DNA from: Eledone cirrhosa | Lineage: Eukaryota | Assembly: GCA_964016885.1 (NCBI GenBank) | Contig: OZ024740.1 | Coordinates: forward strand, 336,040,001-336,104,000 | Length of the DNA stretch: 64,000 bases | Direction: 5' to 3' | Shown here: positions 26,426 to 41,618 of the stretch, in pieces | How the letters are laid out: every line of letters starts with the position of its first letter | Position numbering within the stretch: the stretch's first letter is position 1 | The notes under the pieces: model-generated | Told to the model about the DNA's origin: nothing | What the model saw: only the letters and a program-made list of their open reading frames with translations | Databases searched by the model: none | Translations under genes and position numbers: made by a program

Positions 26426-26427
<2 letters not shown>
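25552..26427 (+). mobile_element. Longer family A pLTR/3' UTR-like copy containing the complete HHR
   Basis: T-rich UTR-like sequence, then the HHR and family A tail ending CCTTCGTTA before (TA)n. Confidence 0.65.
26241..26334 (+). ncRNA. Family A full type I hammerhead ribozyme, U3-A8 core
   Basis: ACCCC-TTGAGAA-GATCGGCTA..TAGCCGTC-GAAA-CGGCTTGAGCTCAGCCG-TC-GGGGT. Confidence 0.8.
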
Positions 26428-27256
<829 letters not shown>

Positions 27257-27309
27257 TCGAATAAGGAAAAGCGAAGTAGTTTCAGATGTTCAAGTCCTTT
27301 AATAATAAT

Positions 27310-27383
27310 GCTGTGTTATATATTTCAATGACGACACTGGCCACACTGTTCTGTGTGCGAGTGTCGTGACATCATCAGACAGC
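27310..27383 (-). ncRNA. Type I hammerhead ribozyme motif
   Basis: GCTGT-CTGATGA-..ACGACACT..AGTGTCGT..-GAAA-TATATA-ACACAGC, about 55 bp from (TA)n. Confidence 0.65.
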
Positions 27384-28630
27384 TTGTTACATAATAAGGT
27401 TATGTTTCCGAGGCAATCCAAATTGAATCGACATGGGAACGAACGAAGTGTGTGCTTTTGGGTTCTTCATCCGTTCCCCTGTGAGTACCAATTCACCCCC
27501 ACCGGTCTGCGCAGGCGCATGTCCGAAGGAAGTTGACCATTAGCTACCGCAGATTTCAACGAAATTCGCTTAGTCAGTTCACCCTCTCAGCCAAACAATG
27601 GCCCACCTAGGCCTGTACCATAGTTTACTGCTACCCATCCCGACTGTGGCAGTCAGCCGAAAGCCAGAGGGGCTGGGAGAGTGTTAGTTTTTACAGGTCA
27701 CAATACTACCTCTCACCAAGCGTGGACAGTACGACTGACCATCAACTCATAAGAGAAAATAAACTTAATTCTAGGTATCATGGTTTTACATTGGAAGTTA
27801 AGAGTGAGAGTTGGAAATAAAAATTAAAATCCTAAATCAAATATCAGAAATTATAAATTAAACAATTAAATAATTAACAATTAGAAATTAAAAATTTGTT
27901 CAAGTGAGAATCCGGATTGAGGTGAGTAAAAAAATATAGATTGAAGTGAGTAAATAATATGGAGAGAGATGTTTAAGTAAGAAGTTCTGAGAGAGGTTCT
28001 AATGTCACAGTTACTCTCCCACATATTGAACGACAGTGCCGTACATTAGAACGGAGGGTAAACTACAGTATTCAAGGCAGTAGTCAATCTGGTACACAGT
28101 CATAATTTCCATCACATGGAACAAAACCAAAGAAAAACAGACATAAAGTACACAAAAGAAAAGATCCAATAATGAATAAATGCAAAAACACAGAGTACTT
28201 ATATGCAAAATGATCCATATGATTGTCAATCTGTCAATGTATAGATTGAATTGAGGGGGCTTCCGTTCAAATGCAGGAAAATAGGGGTTTATCTTAGTTT
28301 TTGTTTCCGTGTATTTATCCGGCCGAAAGTTACTATTATGTCCGTCCAGTGTCAGGGGTTTCCATCCCCATGGTAGAGGGAATTTCCAGGGGTAGCTCAT
28401 GGTAGGTTCCTCTCTTTTCCTTATTCCATATTTACTCCGTCACTCCTATGTGGAAAAAGTACTTTGAGTGCTTGAATTGAATTGCATCAATATTTACCCT
28501 AATAATATATATATAAATATATATTATATTATATTGTATTGTTTTTTATACATTAAATTTTGCTCTGGTACTTACATAGAGCACTCTTCACTCCTATGAC
28601 TTTTTCTATTTTCAATGGAACCTTCAATAC

Positions 28631-28662
<32 letters not shown>

Positions 28663-29145
28663 GGAGTGTCCCCCAAACATGTATACACACTTTCATTACT
28701 GTACAGGCAATATTTATTAGAATGCACACCCTTTGTGTATACATTTATGTAGCAAGGCCCCACGCAACATCTATTTGTCGAATTTCATACACATCACTAG
28801 GCTATCGACGAAGTCCCTGACTGGTCCAAAGTGTCATACAGTAGGATAGAACATTAAACCAAGGTGTTTGAGAAAGGAAAGTCTTAACTATATATTAAAG
28901 CTCAAGTAAGAATCGAAACTCACAAGCTTACATGTATCTTTATCTCCCCTCCGGCATGTAGGTTATTCACTAGTTTTTAATCAAATATTTAAATTCGGTT
29001 CCATCAGAAATGAGCCAACAAGAGTTTTCAATTTTAAAACCATTAATTTTCATAGAAAAGGAATATAAAATTGAAAAGAGCAAAAATAAAAACAAAAATA
29101 ACAAACATAATTTAAAAAACAACAATATTAATTTTCCATTTTCTT

Positions 29146-29192
<47 letters not shown>

Positions 29193-29844
29193 TTCATTCA
29201 TATTAAATTCATGCAGAGTCTTACCGGATCTTGTATGGTCTGACAATTAATAAATTTTTAAAAAATTATATTTTTATGTTATATATAATTTTTTTACATT
29301 TTCATTAGTGGAATTGTCATGTTTGTTGTTTTGTTAATATTAAAATATGCTCGATTGGAAGTATTTTTGAAATAATAATAAAAAGATTATAAAAGAAATG
29401 AATTTAAAAATTGCAATCAATCGTGATCTTTTTCGTATTGTTGTTGTTTTTGTTAGAGCCATATTTTAATTATTTTTGATGACATAAAGCAGTTTTAGAA
29501 ACCTGAGGAATTCTTCATCATATGCCATAACATGAGTGTTTTTTTTTTATTTCTCTTCTGACCAAAGAATCTTCTTCCTAGACAAATTCATCATGGAGAT
29601 TTTAATTTGATAATTTAATTTCTGCCTGATGTAATTGGCTAAGATATTTAAATAGTGTAAAGACGATGTAGTAATAAACAGATGTAGTTTTCAATGATGG
29701 CAGTTAAATATCTAGACAGACACAAATGTATGTATGTATATATTCATATATAAGTGTGTGCATGTGTGTGTGTGTGTGTGTTTGCGTGTGTGTGTTTGTG
29801 TGTGTGTGCGTGTATGTTTCTGTGTATATTTGTGTGTATATTGT

Positions 29845-29918
<74 letters not shown>

Positions 29919-30576
29919 TGGTTAATTATTTTTCTGTTTGTTTAATAACATCTGGTTGAGATCTTTTATTCGGAATGTTGAGCGTAAATATTATTTCCTT
30001 TGTTAACACTTTGAATATACCCGCCAAAAACCGGGGGTTGCTTCCCTTGTTGGAAATAACACGTGACAACGAAATGTTTGAAGGCTACCTTCTGTAGCGT
30101 CGCATTTAGTTTGTTCACACCAGTTTAAGGCAGTAGAATGGAATCCCTGTTGATGAAATTAATCCCCTATTCGATCATGGAATACCACAAGCCTACGTGT
30201 TACATAAGTTGGATAAAAGATTTCGGATTCATAGAAACATTTCGGACGTATTGCAGAATAACGTCCGATTTGTCCAGGTCTGTTTTTAACCTGTTAGTTC
30301 TTTCTTTACTTTGGTATTGTGAGGTTGGGTTTTGCCTACCGCGATGTTCAATTTGTCAAGCTATTTAAACGTAATGTTATTACTCTAAGGATCTACCCTA
30401 ATTGAGTGCTTTGCTAACTCATTCCTATTGTAGGTCGACTTTGCTTGGCCACAGCCAACGCTTCGATTTTGACTAAGCTTCCACTTGTATATATATATAG
30501 ATAGAGGGAGTAAGAGGATAAGAAGTAAAGAAACATGCATGCATACTCTCTCCCACACCTTCACATACACACACAG

Positions 30577-30721
<145 letters not shown>

Positions 30722-33700
30722 GCGATGCTAAGAGCAGTTAAATCACTAATCATGGGAGTACTCAGTGCATGGAGATGTGCAGAGTGGGCATAGAGATATG
30801 TAAATCGCGACCACGGCACCGAGCGATTTCGGCTTGTAGGTTCATCAAGCTTTGTTCAAGAGTATAGTGATGTTTTTACGGTGTGACAAAATAGGTCACT
30901 AATCTTGGTAGTGCTTTGGTTGAATTTATGATAGTAGTAAATTGGACAGACAAGGAATCAGGAGAAGTGCGTAAATAGTGTGGGTGGGGCTAGGGGTTGT
31001 TAGTAGGCAGGAGTGAAGTAAGAGGAGAAGGGGCATAAGGGCCATAGGAATAGAGTGTCGAGGGTGTGTGAGGTAAGGTTATTTATAGACTCGACTTTGA
31101 TGCAGAAGGAGCATTTTAAAGTAGAGAATTAAAAATAAAAAATGGTTTATATAAAAAGTGGGTTAAATCTACACATTAATAAATAAAATAAATCTGAGCT
31201 AGTGGCCAATGTATGGACCACATACAAAATTTAACTCATGCCTCAAACTAACAAATGATCCTTGAGGCAAATAATATACACCTACCAAGCACGGGGACCC
31301 TAATCACTCGGCATTTAAGTCCGCGCAGCGACCTGTACCTTGCCTAAGCCGCCTTACACTCTTGCCCAAACACCCGCATTCCCCCAGTAACCTACATGCA
31401 GAGACCCTGGCACCACACCCCACTCGCTCATCCCTCACCAATATGTCCACCTATTTCCTACATTGTACCATCAATCAACCACTACTTACCTCGTAAGTTT
31501 CCTTTTGCATACTCTACTTCTCATGACCTAACCACCTATTCTTCACCGGTTCTTGTATGGGTGTATGTAGCACGTACATACGTGCGTGCATGTGTATGAT
31601 ACATGTAGATGCGTGTGTACAGACAATTTTACCACTTCCTCTCCCCATAGGGACATGACAAGGCCTGTGTTTATGCATGTGAGACTATGCATGATGTGCA
31701 TGTGCATGTGCATGTAGGTTTTCTTAAAAGGGTAGGTTTTGCTGATCAGGGATTTTATGGTGGTGCCTGGCTTTTCTACTACCTTAATCTTTAGTTATCC
31801 CAGATACATGCTTTCTTAAAGAAAATAGGAGAAGTCTGGTCACGATTAGAATAGCTTTTAACAGAGGCTAAACAACAAAAACAACTTTAATGTTCGCTGT
31901 CCATTACGCTGTATGAATTTCATAATTTCATAATATTCACAGATTTAGGAGCAGAACTGACCTACTAAAACATCAAATAGTATTTAAACTTGACAAGCGT
32001 TACGATGGCCAAAATCTAGTGCTTTCGTGTACCTGAAGATATTGTAAATGCAATTCATTTTACAATTTCAATTAAAGTAGAAGAATACTTGATTTCTATT
32101 TAAACTCCACATTTTTATTAAAATCGTCGTTTTGTTAGAGGAATATTGTTCAGCATACATAAACTAAGTGGTGTTCCTTCGAAAAGTATTAGATCGAAAG
32201 ACAGAGTTACTATGTCGATATAGTGTCTTTGTTAGGAATTACTAATTTATTGTCTTCTGAAATTGCAACAAAACCAAGGGAATATCAAAAGATCCTTCGT
32301 TGTTCATGTTTGTGTAAAGTCAATCCAAACATTAATAGAGACTGGGGGATACACAAATTTAGTAGTTCGGACACAAAAGATTTGCGAATCCAACTGAATA
32401 GAATAGAAGATTCTAAGAACATTGTTTCTTGCAAGATACATACATTCTGTATAGAAAGTTCTTGGTGTAATTAAAATAGAATTCACTTGCGAAAATACCT
32501 GAATACCAATAAATAGGAATAAAGCTACATTAATATTACAAAAGAATTTTACTGCTTGCTTGGTGTTTTAGATGCGATTTTTTTATATCATTTTGAAAGA
32601 ATTACATTCAAAGGGAAATTGTTTGGTAACTCAGTATTGTTTACCAACATCTTTCTCACGGAGCTTAAACAATTTCCGAGCAAACATTGTGTATGCCAAG
32701 GTTAAGGAAAATATTTTATTCAAAGAAACTACTAATGAAAGCTTATTGAATATTCATAAAATAGCAACTGTGAATATTGCTACATATTGTTGATAGGGTT
32801 TCATGTGGCTTAATAATTCTGCTAGTTTTATTACACACATTGTACTATTTCCCTTTTGTAAGAAAGCCCTCATAATTTTACTTCGTTATTGCTTTATTTC
32901 AGTACATTTCTCCAGAGGCTATAGAATGCAGGGACAATAACAATGATCGACTCATTAATGGCAACATTGCAGAATGCTGCCAAACTAATACAGCGTGAGA
33001 GATCTGTAATAAATGTGATAAGGAAACTTCTGAAACTTTAATCAAAGATATCTCAGAATATGAATAAACAAGAAGAAAACGATATAATTTTCAGATTAAT
33101 TTGATTTCAATCATGGATTCATTGTGATTGTATCAGTAAATGGGCATCTAAACGAGGATTACTTTCAAAACGACTTCTCTCATAAAAATGTATATGGATC
33201 TAACAGAGAGTAAAACATGTTTTTGACACAAATGGCAATATTTGAAATAATTGTTTGAAATCCCTAAAGGTACAGATTACAATATTACGCCACAAGTGGA
33301 CGGTTGAGACAATTGACACCTCTCACTTACATCATTTTTATATTCTGACATTCAAAGCCTGTTTTCTGTGAATCATAATTACAATTAAAGGAGATACTAA
33401 GGAAGAATTAATATGGATTATTACAAAGAAATGACGTGAATGTTGTTTATTTTTATTAGTTAAACAAAGGAGGAAGACCGATGCTCATGAGACCCATGCG
33501 TGTTGGTGAGATTGAAGGATATCTATTGATGTTTCATTGATTACTTGAATACGAACATAAGCAGAGAAAAACGTCGGTCAGGGGAAAATTCAAGGAGGTT
33601 GCGACTAAGTGGAGGGTGGGGAGAATGGTTGAAGTATTGAGAGAGTGATCTGGTCTGTGAGATGCAGTAAAGAACATGTCAGATCAGCCTGGAAAGAGGA

Positions 33701-34043
33701 GCAGGAGCAATTGTGGGAAGAGTAGCAGAAGTAGAGAAGAAATAGTGCACTTGCAAACAATTGTTGAAGTGTACTGGTAGTGAATACGTGTGCCAATTAG
33801 TCGAATGGCCTTGTTTTATATATTGTCTAGAGATTTTCTGCAATATACATGTGTGCAACTACCACAACAAGATGCTTTCAAATACGTCATGAAAAGGAAT
33901 GTGAGAAAGACCATTGGTAGAGTGAACATGTAATTCGGAGGGTCAGATATATTACACACGAAACACCGCTGATTCTGCTCGATTATCACATCTGTGACAT
34001 GCTTAGCCGCATACACCATAATGTAATGGGTAGGGACCCATGT

Positions 34044-34170
34044 GAAGGCGCGTGGCTTAGTGGTTAGATAATTATCAATTATAATTGGATTCGGAATCGT
34101 GAGCTTGCGATTCCCGAACCGGGTGCTGCGTTATGACCTTCAGCAAGATACTTTATTTCGCGTTGTTCTT
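34044..34170 (+). mobile_element. tRNA-derived SINE 5' part
   Basis: GGCGCGTGGCTTAGTGGTTAG (A-box), degenerate B-box, and CCTTCAGCAAGATACTTTATTTC shared with 48203-48226. Confidence 0.6.
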
Positions 34171-36081
34171 TTTGTCAGGTGTTGCAGCCTGTAGATAGCA
34201 TCAGCAATGGAATGACCAATGGAAACATTGTTTCTTTGGTCCGATTTGAAGAGTTTCAAGCGAATGAGGTCTGAAATCTTGTCGATCGATTGAAAAGATT
34301 GGACCCATGAATAACATACATTTACTCTCGTTATCATATCACAACTATTTCTATATTGGTGTAAAAATGATGTATTTCATAGCTATTACTCCTTGTCAGT
34401 ACATGCAGAGTTTCAGAGGTATGGGAAACAGTAGTGTCTGATTTTGTAAACAAACAATTTTCATTGGAAGTTTATTTTCATATTTTGCTGACTTAACCAG
34501 CTAGTTTGTGTGTATCTGTGCATGTGAGTATATATGGTGTGTGTATGTGTGTGGGCGTGCGTATTTCAAAATCTTTAATAACAATTTCGTTAAAATTAGC
34601 AATAGCTGTTTAATATAATATCTCATATATTCAAATGCAATAAAGTAGCTAGAAATAATACACACTAGTATCAAACTACAGTCGTCCCCTCACCAAGTAA
34701 TGCCTCGATAGTTAATGTACGGAGTATGTTTCAGAGGCAAACATCACGGAATATAAATCCACCATACCGAGAATTCGATCAAGGCCCAATTCAGTTATCA
34801 CATGTAATCATTTAGATAGGTAAATAAGTGTAATTCACATCATTGTGAAAAGAACTTCTAGCAGATGAAATACTGAGTAATCGAAGCCCCTCTAGTAGAA
34901 TTATTGCCGCAACAGTAGAAAAATGTAATAAATATATTAATTCTACCCGCCAATATTTTGAATAGAAGGGGGAACCTTCATTTCTGCTTTGCATACGAAG
35001 AAATTCAAGCTACAGTACTCTCCTGGATACGTTCCTGGTGCAAACAGATTGAATAGCAGAGTCACCGCGGCCCCGGAAATACCCTGGAATCTCGTCACTC
35101 ATCTCCTAGCATTCTCAGTATGCCCTCTCTTTTTCTTCAACGGTCCTTTGCAGCGCACCCAACCCTTTTCTTCCTACCACTTCATTTTCCACTCCTTTCC
35201 TTCCTTCTCCCTCAAAAAGGAGTCGCTTCGAATATATAGGGACGAATCTTCTAAAAGAAAATGTATCCTGCTAGCAGTATGGCATAGTTACAGGCTTATA
35301 GATGTGCATTCAAAATTTGATGCGAATATTATATACTGCACCCCTATACTATATCCTATGATTATTACGTTAACCCCTTGAAATTACACCAAGTTACGTG
35401 ACATGTTTTTAGTACTGTGAATTATAGGCACGCCAATAGACTAATAGACAGAATTCCTACTTAATAGTCTAACACGGCTTCAAAACCACCATAGCATCTA
35501 CGTATTAAATCCAGTTGAGAAGGATCATATACTTATGAGAAATTTTTGTTTCTACCCTTGGATGCGTCGACCACAATTGCTTACTGAAATGGATGGGGCT
35601 GAACATTAGTAAACATCTATATCCATCGTGCATTTATCCACCATATTCTAGCTTCGGTTTACAAAGCATTTACTGTATATATGGCGATACACGCCAGTAA
35701 AACATGCTTCTCATGCAACATGTTTACTTTGTATTTTGTATTCACACCTTAGCTAACATTGATACAATGAGTAAGAAATAATTGGCTCGTTAACATTCTT
35801 GTATGGAATCCACAATCAAACCAAAACTTTTCCGTTTCAACCACGATGCATTCTTGTGTCAACCCTCTGCTCGTGTGTACTGACTCTGAGTGCGGCAGAA
35901 AATGTAGAACAATATAAGACTTGAGTGTATGTAGACATGCACAGACATTCACTCACACATATAGCAATAACAGAAATTTGGTCATAGTCGGATGAAACCT
36001 CATACGGTTAGGTAAAATTACACCGGTGGATAGAGAGAACGGGTAGATAGATACATTATTAGATAGATAGATAAATAGATA

Positions 36082-36612
36082 TATTTCTTTATTTGCCACA
36101 GGGGAGTACAAAAATGGGACATTACAAGACGTGACGGCGGGGGTTTTACTTAAAAATCATATAACTTTAACATTAATAAATAACAATAAACTATATATAA
36201 TAAAATAACAATTGAAATCCCAAATAGGAGGGAACGTTACTGGAGGGTTGTTTTACACCCCGTGGATAGAACAACCCTCAACACCAGGAACACGTTTTGT
36301 AGGTGTTCCTGTCTTCCCTCTGTTTATCTTCCTCAACCTACAGGTTTATATACAGAGAAGGCCCATTCACTCGGGCCATTTTCACCACATTCACCCACCT
36401 TTCAGTGAATTTACTGAGGTGTAGCACCTCTCTCTCCACTCTCACCTTCCTTCTGAAGTGGTACTTAAAGAAGGGGATAAGTTGTTGTCCGGAGAGAAAG
36501 GTGTTTGCCCTCAGTCCTTTTAACCTCGTCCACCATATTACCTCTTTCGCTATAGCAACCAGACAGAGGAAAACCGCCTCTCCTTCATTCTTAAATGAAG
36601 GCGGCGGGGTGA
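36082..36612 (-). mobile_element. Tx1-like LINE 3' fragment (subfamily 2) in (GATA)n
   Basis: Encodes the ORF2 C-terminus (..RWVNVVKMARVNGPSLY); highly similar to 44551-45075; 3' end GTGGCAAATAAAGAAATATATC. Confidence 0.85.
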
Positions 36613-36631
36613 AGAAAAGGATGGTTGCATT

Positions 36632-36715
<84 letters not shown>

Positions 36716-36727
36716 TTTCTTTTTTTT

Positions 36728-36765
<38 letters not shown>

Positions 36766-36766
<1 letters not shown>

Positions 36767-38120
36767 GTTTCTTTATTCGCTACGAGAGCGCAAAAGATGG
36801 GGACAAATACAAAAGGGGGGGGGGGGGGGTTACATATATAAAAAATCGAGTAAACAGGTAATAACAATTAAATACAAACAATCGATATCCTCAATAGGGA
36901 GGAGGCGTTAACAGGGGTTACACACACCCCCGAAAAAATGTGCAACCCTCCTCTTCAGGAGCACGAAGAGCGAGTGCTCCCTTCCTCTCTTCTTTCTCCC
37001 CTTCTTCAACCTACAGGCTTATACAGAGAGAAGGCCCATTCACTCGGGCCATTCTCGCCACTTTCACCCACCTTTCATAAAATTTGCTGGGGTACAGCAC
37101 CTCTCTCTCCATCCTGATTCTTCTGCCAAAATGATATTTCAAAAAAAGAACCAGTTGTTGGCCGGAGAGAAAGGTGTCTGACCTCAGCCCTTTCAATCTC
37201 GTCCACCATATAACCTCTTTCGCCATAGCCATAACACAGAGGAAGATCGCCTCTCCTTCGTTTTTGAAGGGGGGGGGGGTGTGGCGGTTTGATCGTGACA
37301 ATGGACTCGGTGGTCAACCGGATTAGTCCCACCCGTGGCAATAGTCGTTCTACATAGCCCCACAGGTCGGTAACGCCCGGGAAGTGTACGAATGCGTGCG
37401 CGGTTTCCTCGTCGCGCACGCATCTCGGACAGATCTGTTTCGAAGCGTCCCTGCCCGGGCACCTGTGTCTGTAGAGCTTGTCCCGAACAGGTAGAGCTCC
37501 TCGGTAGCACTGCCAAGCCAGGGACTTTTGGAAGTTGTCCATCGGTCCCGGGCCGAACGTCCTACCGAACAGACAGACTAGTTCGTCCTCCTCCATGCCC
37601 AGAGTTTCTCCGAGAGCGTCGTCGCACTTGCTGCGAACCAACCCTCTATAGAATGTCGAGGTAGAGTCTCTACTGATTGCCGAGTCCGCTTGCCCGAGGG
37701 CCGTGAGCGCCTTGGTACATTCAATGTGCCAGGCGCCCAGTTTTCTCGGTCTTTGCTTGACCCAGGATTGCAGCTCGGTGAGCGAGACGAGTCGTGGAAA
37801 GGCTCGCCTCACAAACGGGGACCACAGCGGTTGACCGGTGAGGAATACCTGCAGGTGCCGTAGATTTCGTGCATGTTTACGCATAGTCACCCACGCTATC
37901 CCCAGCCCTCCGTTAGAAGGGTGTTGACAGTAGATGGATCTTCTCACCAAAGGGGCCCGCTTCTTCCAGAGGAATTGGAAGAGCTCCATTTTGGTGAACG
38001 TTTTCGCTGGACAAGGCACGATGGTCAAGCGGTAGTAGATGACGGATGCTATATAAGCTCGACCTTTCAAGGATAGTTTGCACACTTCTGGGCGAGTGCA
38101 AACACCTTGGCCGTTACCTC

Positions 38121-38121
<1 letters not shown>
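36766..38121 (-). mobile_element. Tx1-like LINE, 5'-truncated (1.35 kb), in (GATA)n
   Basis: ORF2 C-terminal region (CQHPSNGGLG, LAWQCYRGALPVRDKL, CPRC..HAFVH); (GATA)n at both ends. Confidence 0.9.
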
Positions 38122-38177
<56 letters not shown>

Positions 38178-38389
38178 ATTTCAAGGGCACAAAAGAAGGG
38201 GACAAATACAAGGGGGGGGGTACACAAAAGAACGATTAAAAAACCAAATAACAAATATAAAATTAACAATAAAGTCCTCAATAGGGAGGAGGCGTTTTGG
38301 GGGGTCGCACACACCCCCTAAAAAGTGTGCAACCCTTCTCCTCAGAAGCACAGAGAGAGGGTACTCCCTTGTTCTTCCATCTTTTTCAC

Positions 38390-41300
38390 CTACAGGCTGA
38401 TATAGAGAGAAGGCCCATTCACATGGGCTGTTCTCGCCACTTTCACCCACCTTTCATAAAACAGGCTGGGGTGGAGCACCTCTCTCTCCATCCTGATCCT
38501 TCTTCCGAAATGATATCGGAAGAAAAGGATCAGTTGTTGGCCGGAGAGAAAGGTGTCCGACCTCAGCCCTTTCAAACGCGTCCACCATACAACCTCTTTC
38601 ACCATGGCTATTACGCACAGAAAAACCGCCTCTCCTTCATTTTTGAAGGGGGGGGGGCTTGATCGTTATAATGGACTCGTTGGTCAATCGGATAGGTCCC
38701 ACCAGTGACAGCAGTCGTTCGACATAGCCTCACAGATCGGCGACGCCCGGGCAGTGTACCAATGCATGCGCGACGGTTTCCTCGTCGCGCACGCATCTGG
38801 GACAGATCTTTTTCGAGGGGTCCCTACCCGGGCGCCCGTGTCTGTAGAGCTTTTCTCGAATGGGCAGAGCCCCTCGGTAGCACTGCCAGGCTAGGGACCT
38901 CTGGAAGTTGTCCATAGGTCCCGGGCTAAATGTCCTACCGAACAGGCTGGCCAGTTCGACTTCCTCCATGCCTAGGGCTTCTCCGAGGGCATCGTCGCAC
39001 CTGCTGCGCACCAGCCCTCTATAGAATGTCGAGGTGGAGTCTCCACTGATAGCCGAGTCCGCCTGCCAGAGGGCCGTGAGCGCCTGGGCACACTCTGTGT
39101 GCCAGGCGCCCAGTTTTCTCGCTCTTTGCTTGACCCAGGATTGCAGCTCGGTGAGTGAGACGAGTCTCGCAAAGGTTCGTCTCACCGGTTGACCGGTGAG
39201 GAATACCTGGAGGTGCCGTAGCCTTAATGCGTGTTTACGCATCATCAGCCACGGCATCCCCAGCCCTCCTTTAGAAGGGTGTTGACAGCAGATGGATCTC
39301 CTCACCAAAGGAGCCCGCTTCTTCCAAAGGAATTGGAAGAGTGCGCGCTCCATTTTGGTGAGCGTTTCCCTTGGGCAAGGCACGACGGTCAGGCGGTAGT
39401 AGATGACGGACGCTATATAAGTGTTCGCCACCTCCGCCCGACCTTCCAGGGATAGTTTTCACTCGGCCCACTTCTGGGTCAGTGAAAACACCCTGTTCAT
39501 TACCTGACCCCAGTTCTTCTCCACCTGGAGGTCTGGTCCGAACCAGACTCCGAGCAACTTTACCGGGCCCTCTGTCCATCATCCAACGACGCCATCGGAG
39601 GGCATCCATTTTCCCCTCCACGTGCAGAGTTACAAACCGATCGACTTGTCCCGGTTCACCTTAGCCCCTGTAAACCTTTCGTACTCCTCCAGTAAGGTGC
39701 CTATCGCCCCGATTTCCGAGGTGGTCGACACCATTACTGTTACGTCATCGGCGTAGGCCGACACGGCTTTCCGCAATCCCGGTTCCAAAGGGATACCCTA
39801 CAACAACTCCAACTTCCGCAGCAGTGGCTCGAGGGCCAGTACATACATAAGGGAGGAGAGAGGGCACCCCTGTCGGATGGACCGCGTGATTTCGAACGGC
39901 TCCGAGAGGTAGCCGTTCACCTTGACTCTAGAGCTGATGCGGCTGCTGTGCATGGCAGTGATCCAGCCCTTGAAAACGGGTCCGAAACCTGCCGCCGCTA
40001 CCACCGCATCCAGGTAACCATGGTCGACCATATCGAACTCCTTAAATTAATCCAAGTTGATCAGGACCCAACCAAAGCTGGATTTGTTCCCAACCCTCTC
40101 TATGATGTATCGCATAAGGTGGAGGTTGTCGTGGATGGACCTGGACGGGATAGCAAATGTCTGCGCATCTACCACCAGGTTTCCCACGACAAGCGCCAAC
40201 CTCTTTGCTAACACCTTGGCCAAAATCTTTAACTCTGCATTTAGCAGAGTTATGGGCCTGAAATTACTTATTTCGTCCTCCTTGTTCTCGTCCTTCCTCA
40301 CTAGCGAGACTACGCCCTTGGTCACAGGACAGGGAATTCTCCCATTCTGTTTCCAGTTGCAGTAGACCGCCACAAGGAGATCGGAGAACAAGTCCGGCAT
40401 AGCTAGATATATGGAAGACCATCGTGACCCGGGGATTTGCGTTTGCCGCATTGGCTCAGCAGCTGAAATCGGCCCCTAGCAGGACTTCGCCACCTCGTCC
40501 GAAAGACGCGGCAGGCCATCGAGATATGGACCGAAGTCCACATCCCCATCCGGCCCGCCTTCCCACCCGAACAATCGGGCAAAGTGCCTTTGAAAGGCCT
40601 CACACATCTGCTTAGGTTCAAGGATCACCCATCCATCCTGGTCTCGCAAAGACCGGATAGTGGATCTAATCCCACTTTTGGCTTCTGTCACGCGGGCCCA
40701 GCTAACAGCTTTGGTCCCCTCGTTTCCTAGTGCACGTATTTTTCTTCGGACAACGCAGCCTTCGTGTTTCGCGTCAAAGAACTGGCCCAAGGCCGTTCTC
40801 GACGCTAGCACTCTGGCCACGTCGCCGCTTCTAATTGCCTCTACTACACTATCTACCAACTCCCTTTCCTTCCTATTTCTATCTGAGGCTAGCTCCTTAC
40901 TAAATCCTATTGAAACTACTCTAATCTCTCTTTTGAGAGATCCCAACCACCAGCTGTTGACGATCGCTCCTGTCAACCGCTCCTTAACTAAAGTACTAAT
41001 CAGGTCCCTGTACACTTTACTTGCCGGTAAGGACAAGTTCAGTTTCCAGTAACCGGGTCCCTGTCTATGGGTTCTATCAAGGTTGACTAAGCAGGTCACT
41101 AATTTGTTATCCGAATAGCCAACCATGAGCATCTCTGGACAGCTTAAAAGGTCCCTATCCTTATTTCTAACTAGGATCATCTAGGTACGACCTAGATGAT
41201 CCGCTGTGGTTTGCCCAAGTCCAGGTTGGCGCAGTCGGATAATCTAGTCGATATCTATCGGCCAGGTCAAATCGGCCGATTAACCCCTTGAGGCTGTTAC

Positions 41301-41557
41301 ACCCCCTCTATCGGGACATGCCCCTACATAGTCCCAACGTGCATCCAGGATACCATTCCAGTCCCCCACTAAAAGCAAGGAGCGGGACGCCCCCAGAAAA
41401 GTCTCTAGACGTTGGAAGAAGTCCGGCCGCGCTGACCGAAAAGGGGCGTAGGCGGCGACCAGCCTAAAGGCTCCACCTTCACCACTGCCAACGTCTAAGA
41501 TCACCAGTCCACCCTCCGGGTCCAGGTGTACCGTCTGTTCATGGGGACCTTTATCAT
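38390..41557 (-). pseudogene. ORF2 (APE endonuclease, reverse transcriptase, C-terminal zinc-binding domain), disrupted
   Basis: LVAAYAP, LLVGDWNGIL, GYSDNKLV, GPGYWKLN, KSPGHDGLP, NFRPITLLNAELKILAK, RQGCPLS, AYADD (YADD codons at 39744-39755), CPRC..HALVHC; probable start MIKV at 41557 followed by a deletion in the APE N-terminus; frameshifts and stops. Confidence 0.92.
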
Positions 41558-41618
41558 TTTGAGGCGTGGAGAGTCATCCACTGTCTTATAATTTGGCCTT
41601 TCGGTTTGCACCGAAGGG

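Noticed and set aside
29568-29620. LPRQIHHGDFN resembling a phosphotransferase or APE motif
   Set aside because: Immediate stop codon and no supporting flanking coding sequence.
30815-30852. Minus-strand TTGATGA..GAAATCGCTC motif
   Set aside because: Stem II does not pair; too degenerate.
32400-33300. Possible highly decayed L1 endonuclease (NVYGSN-like at about 33187)
   Set aside because: Only isolated short motifs; cannot be supported without a translated search.
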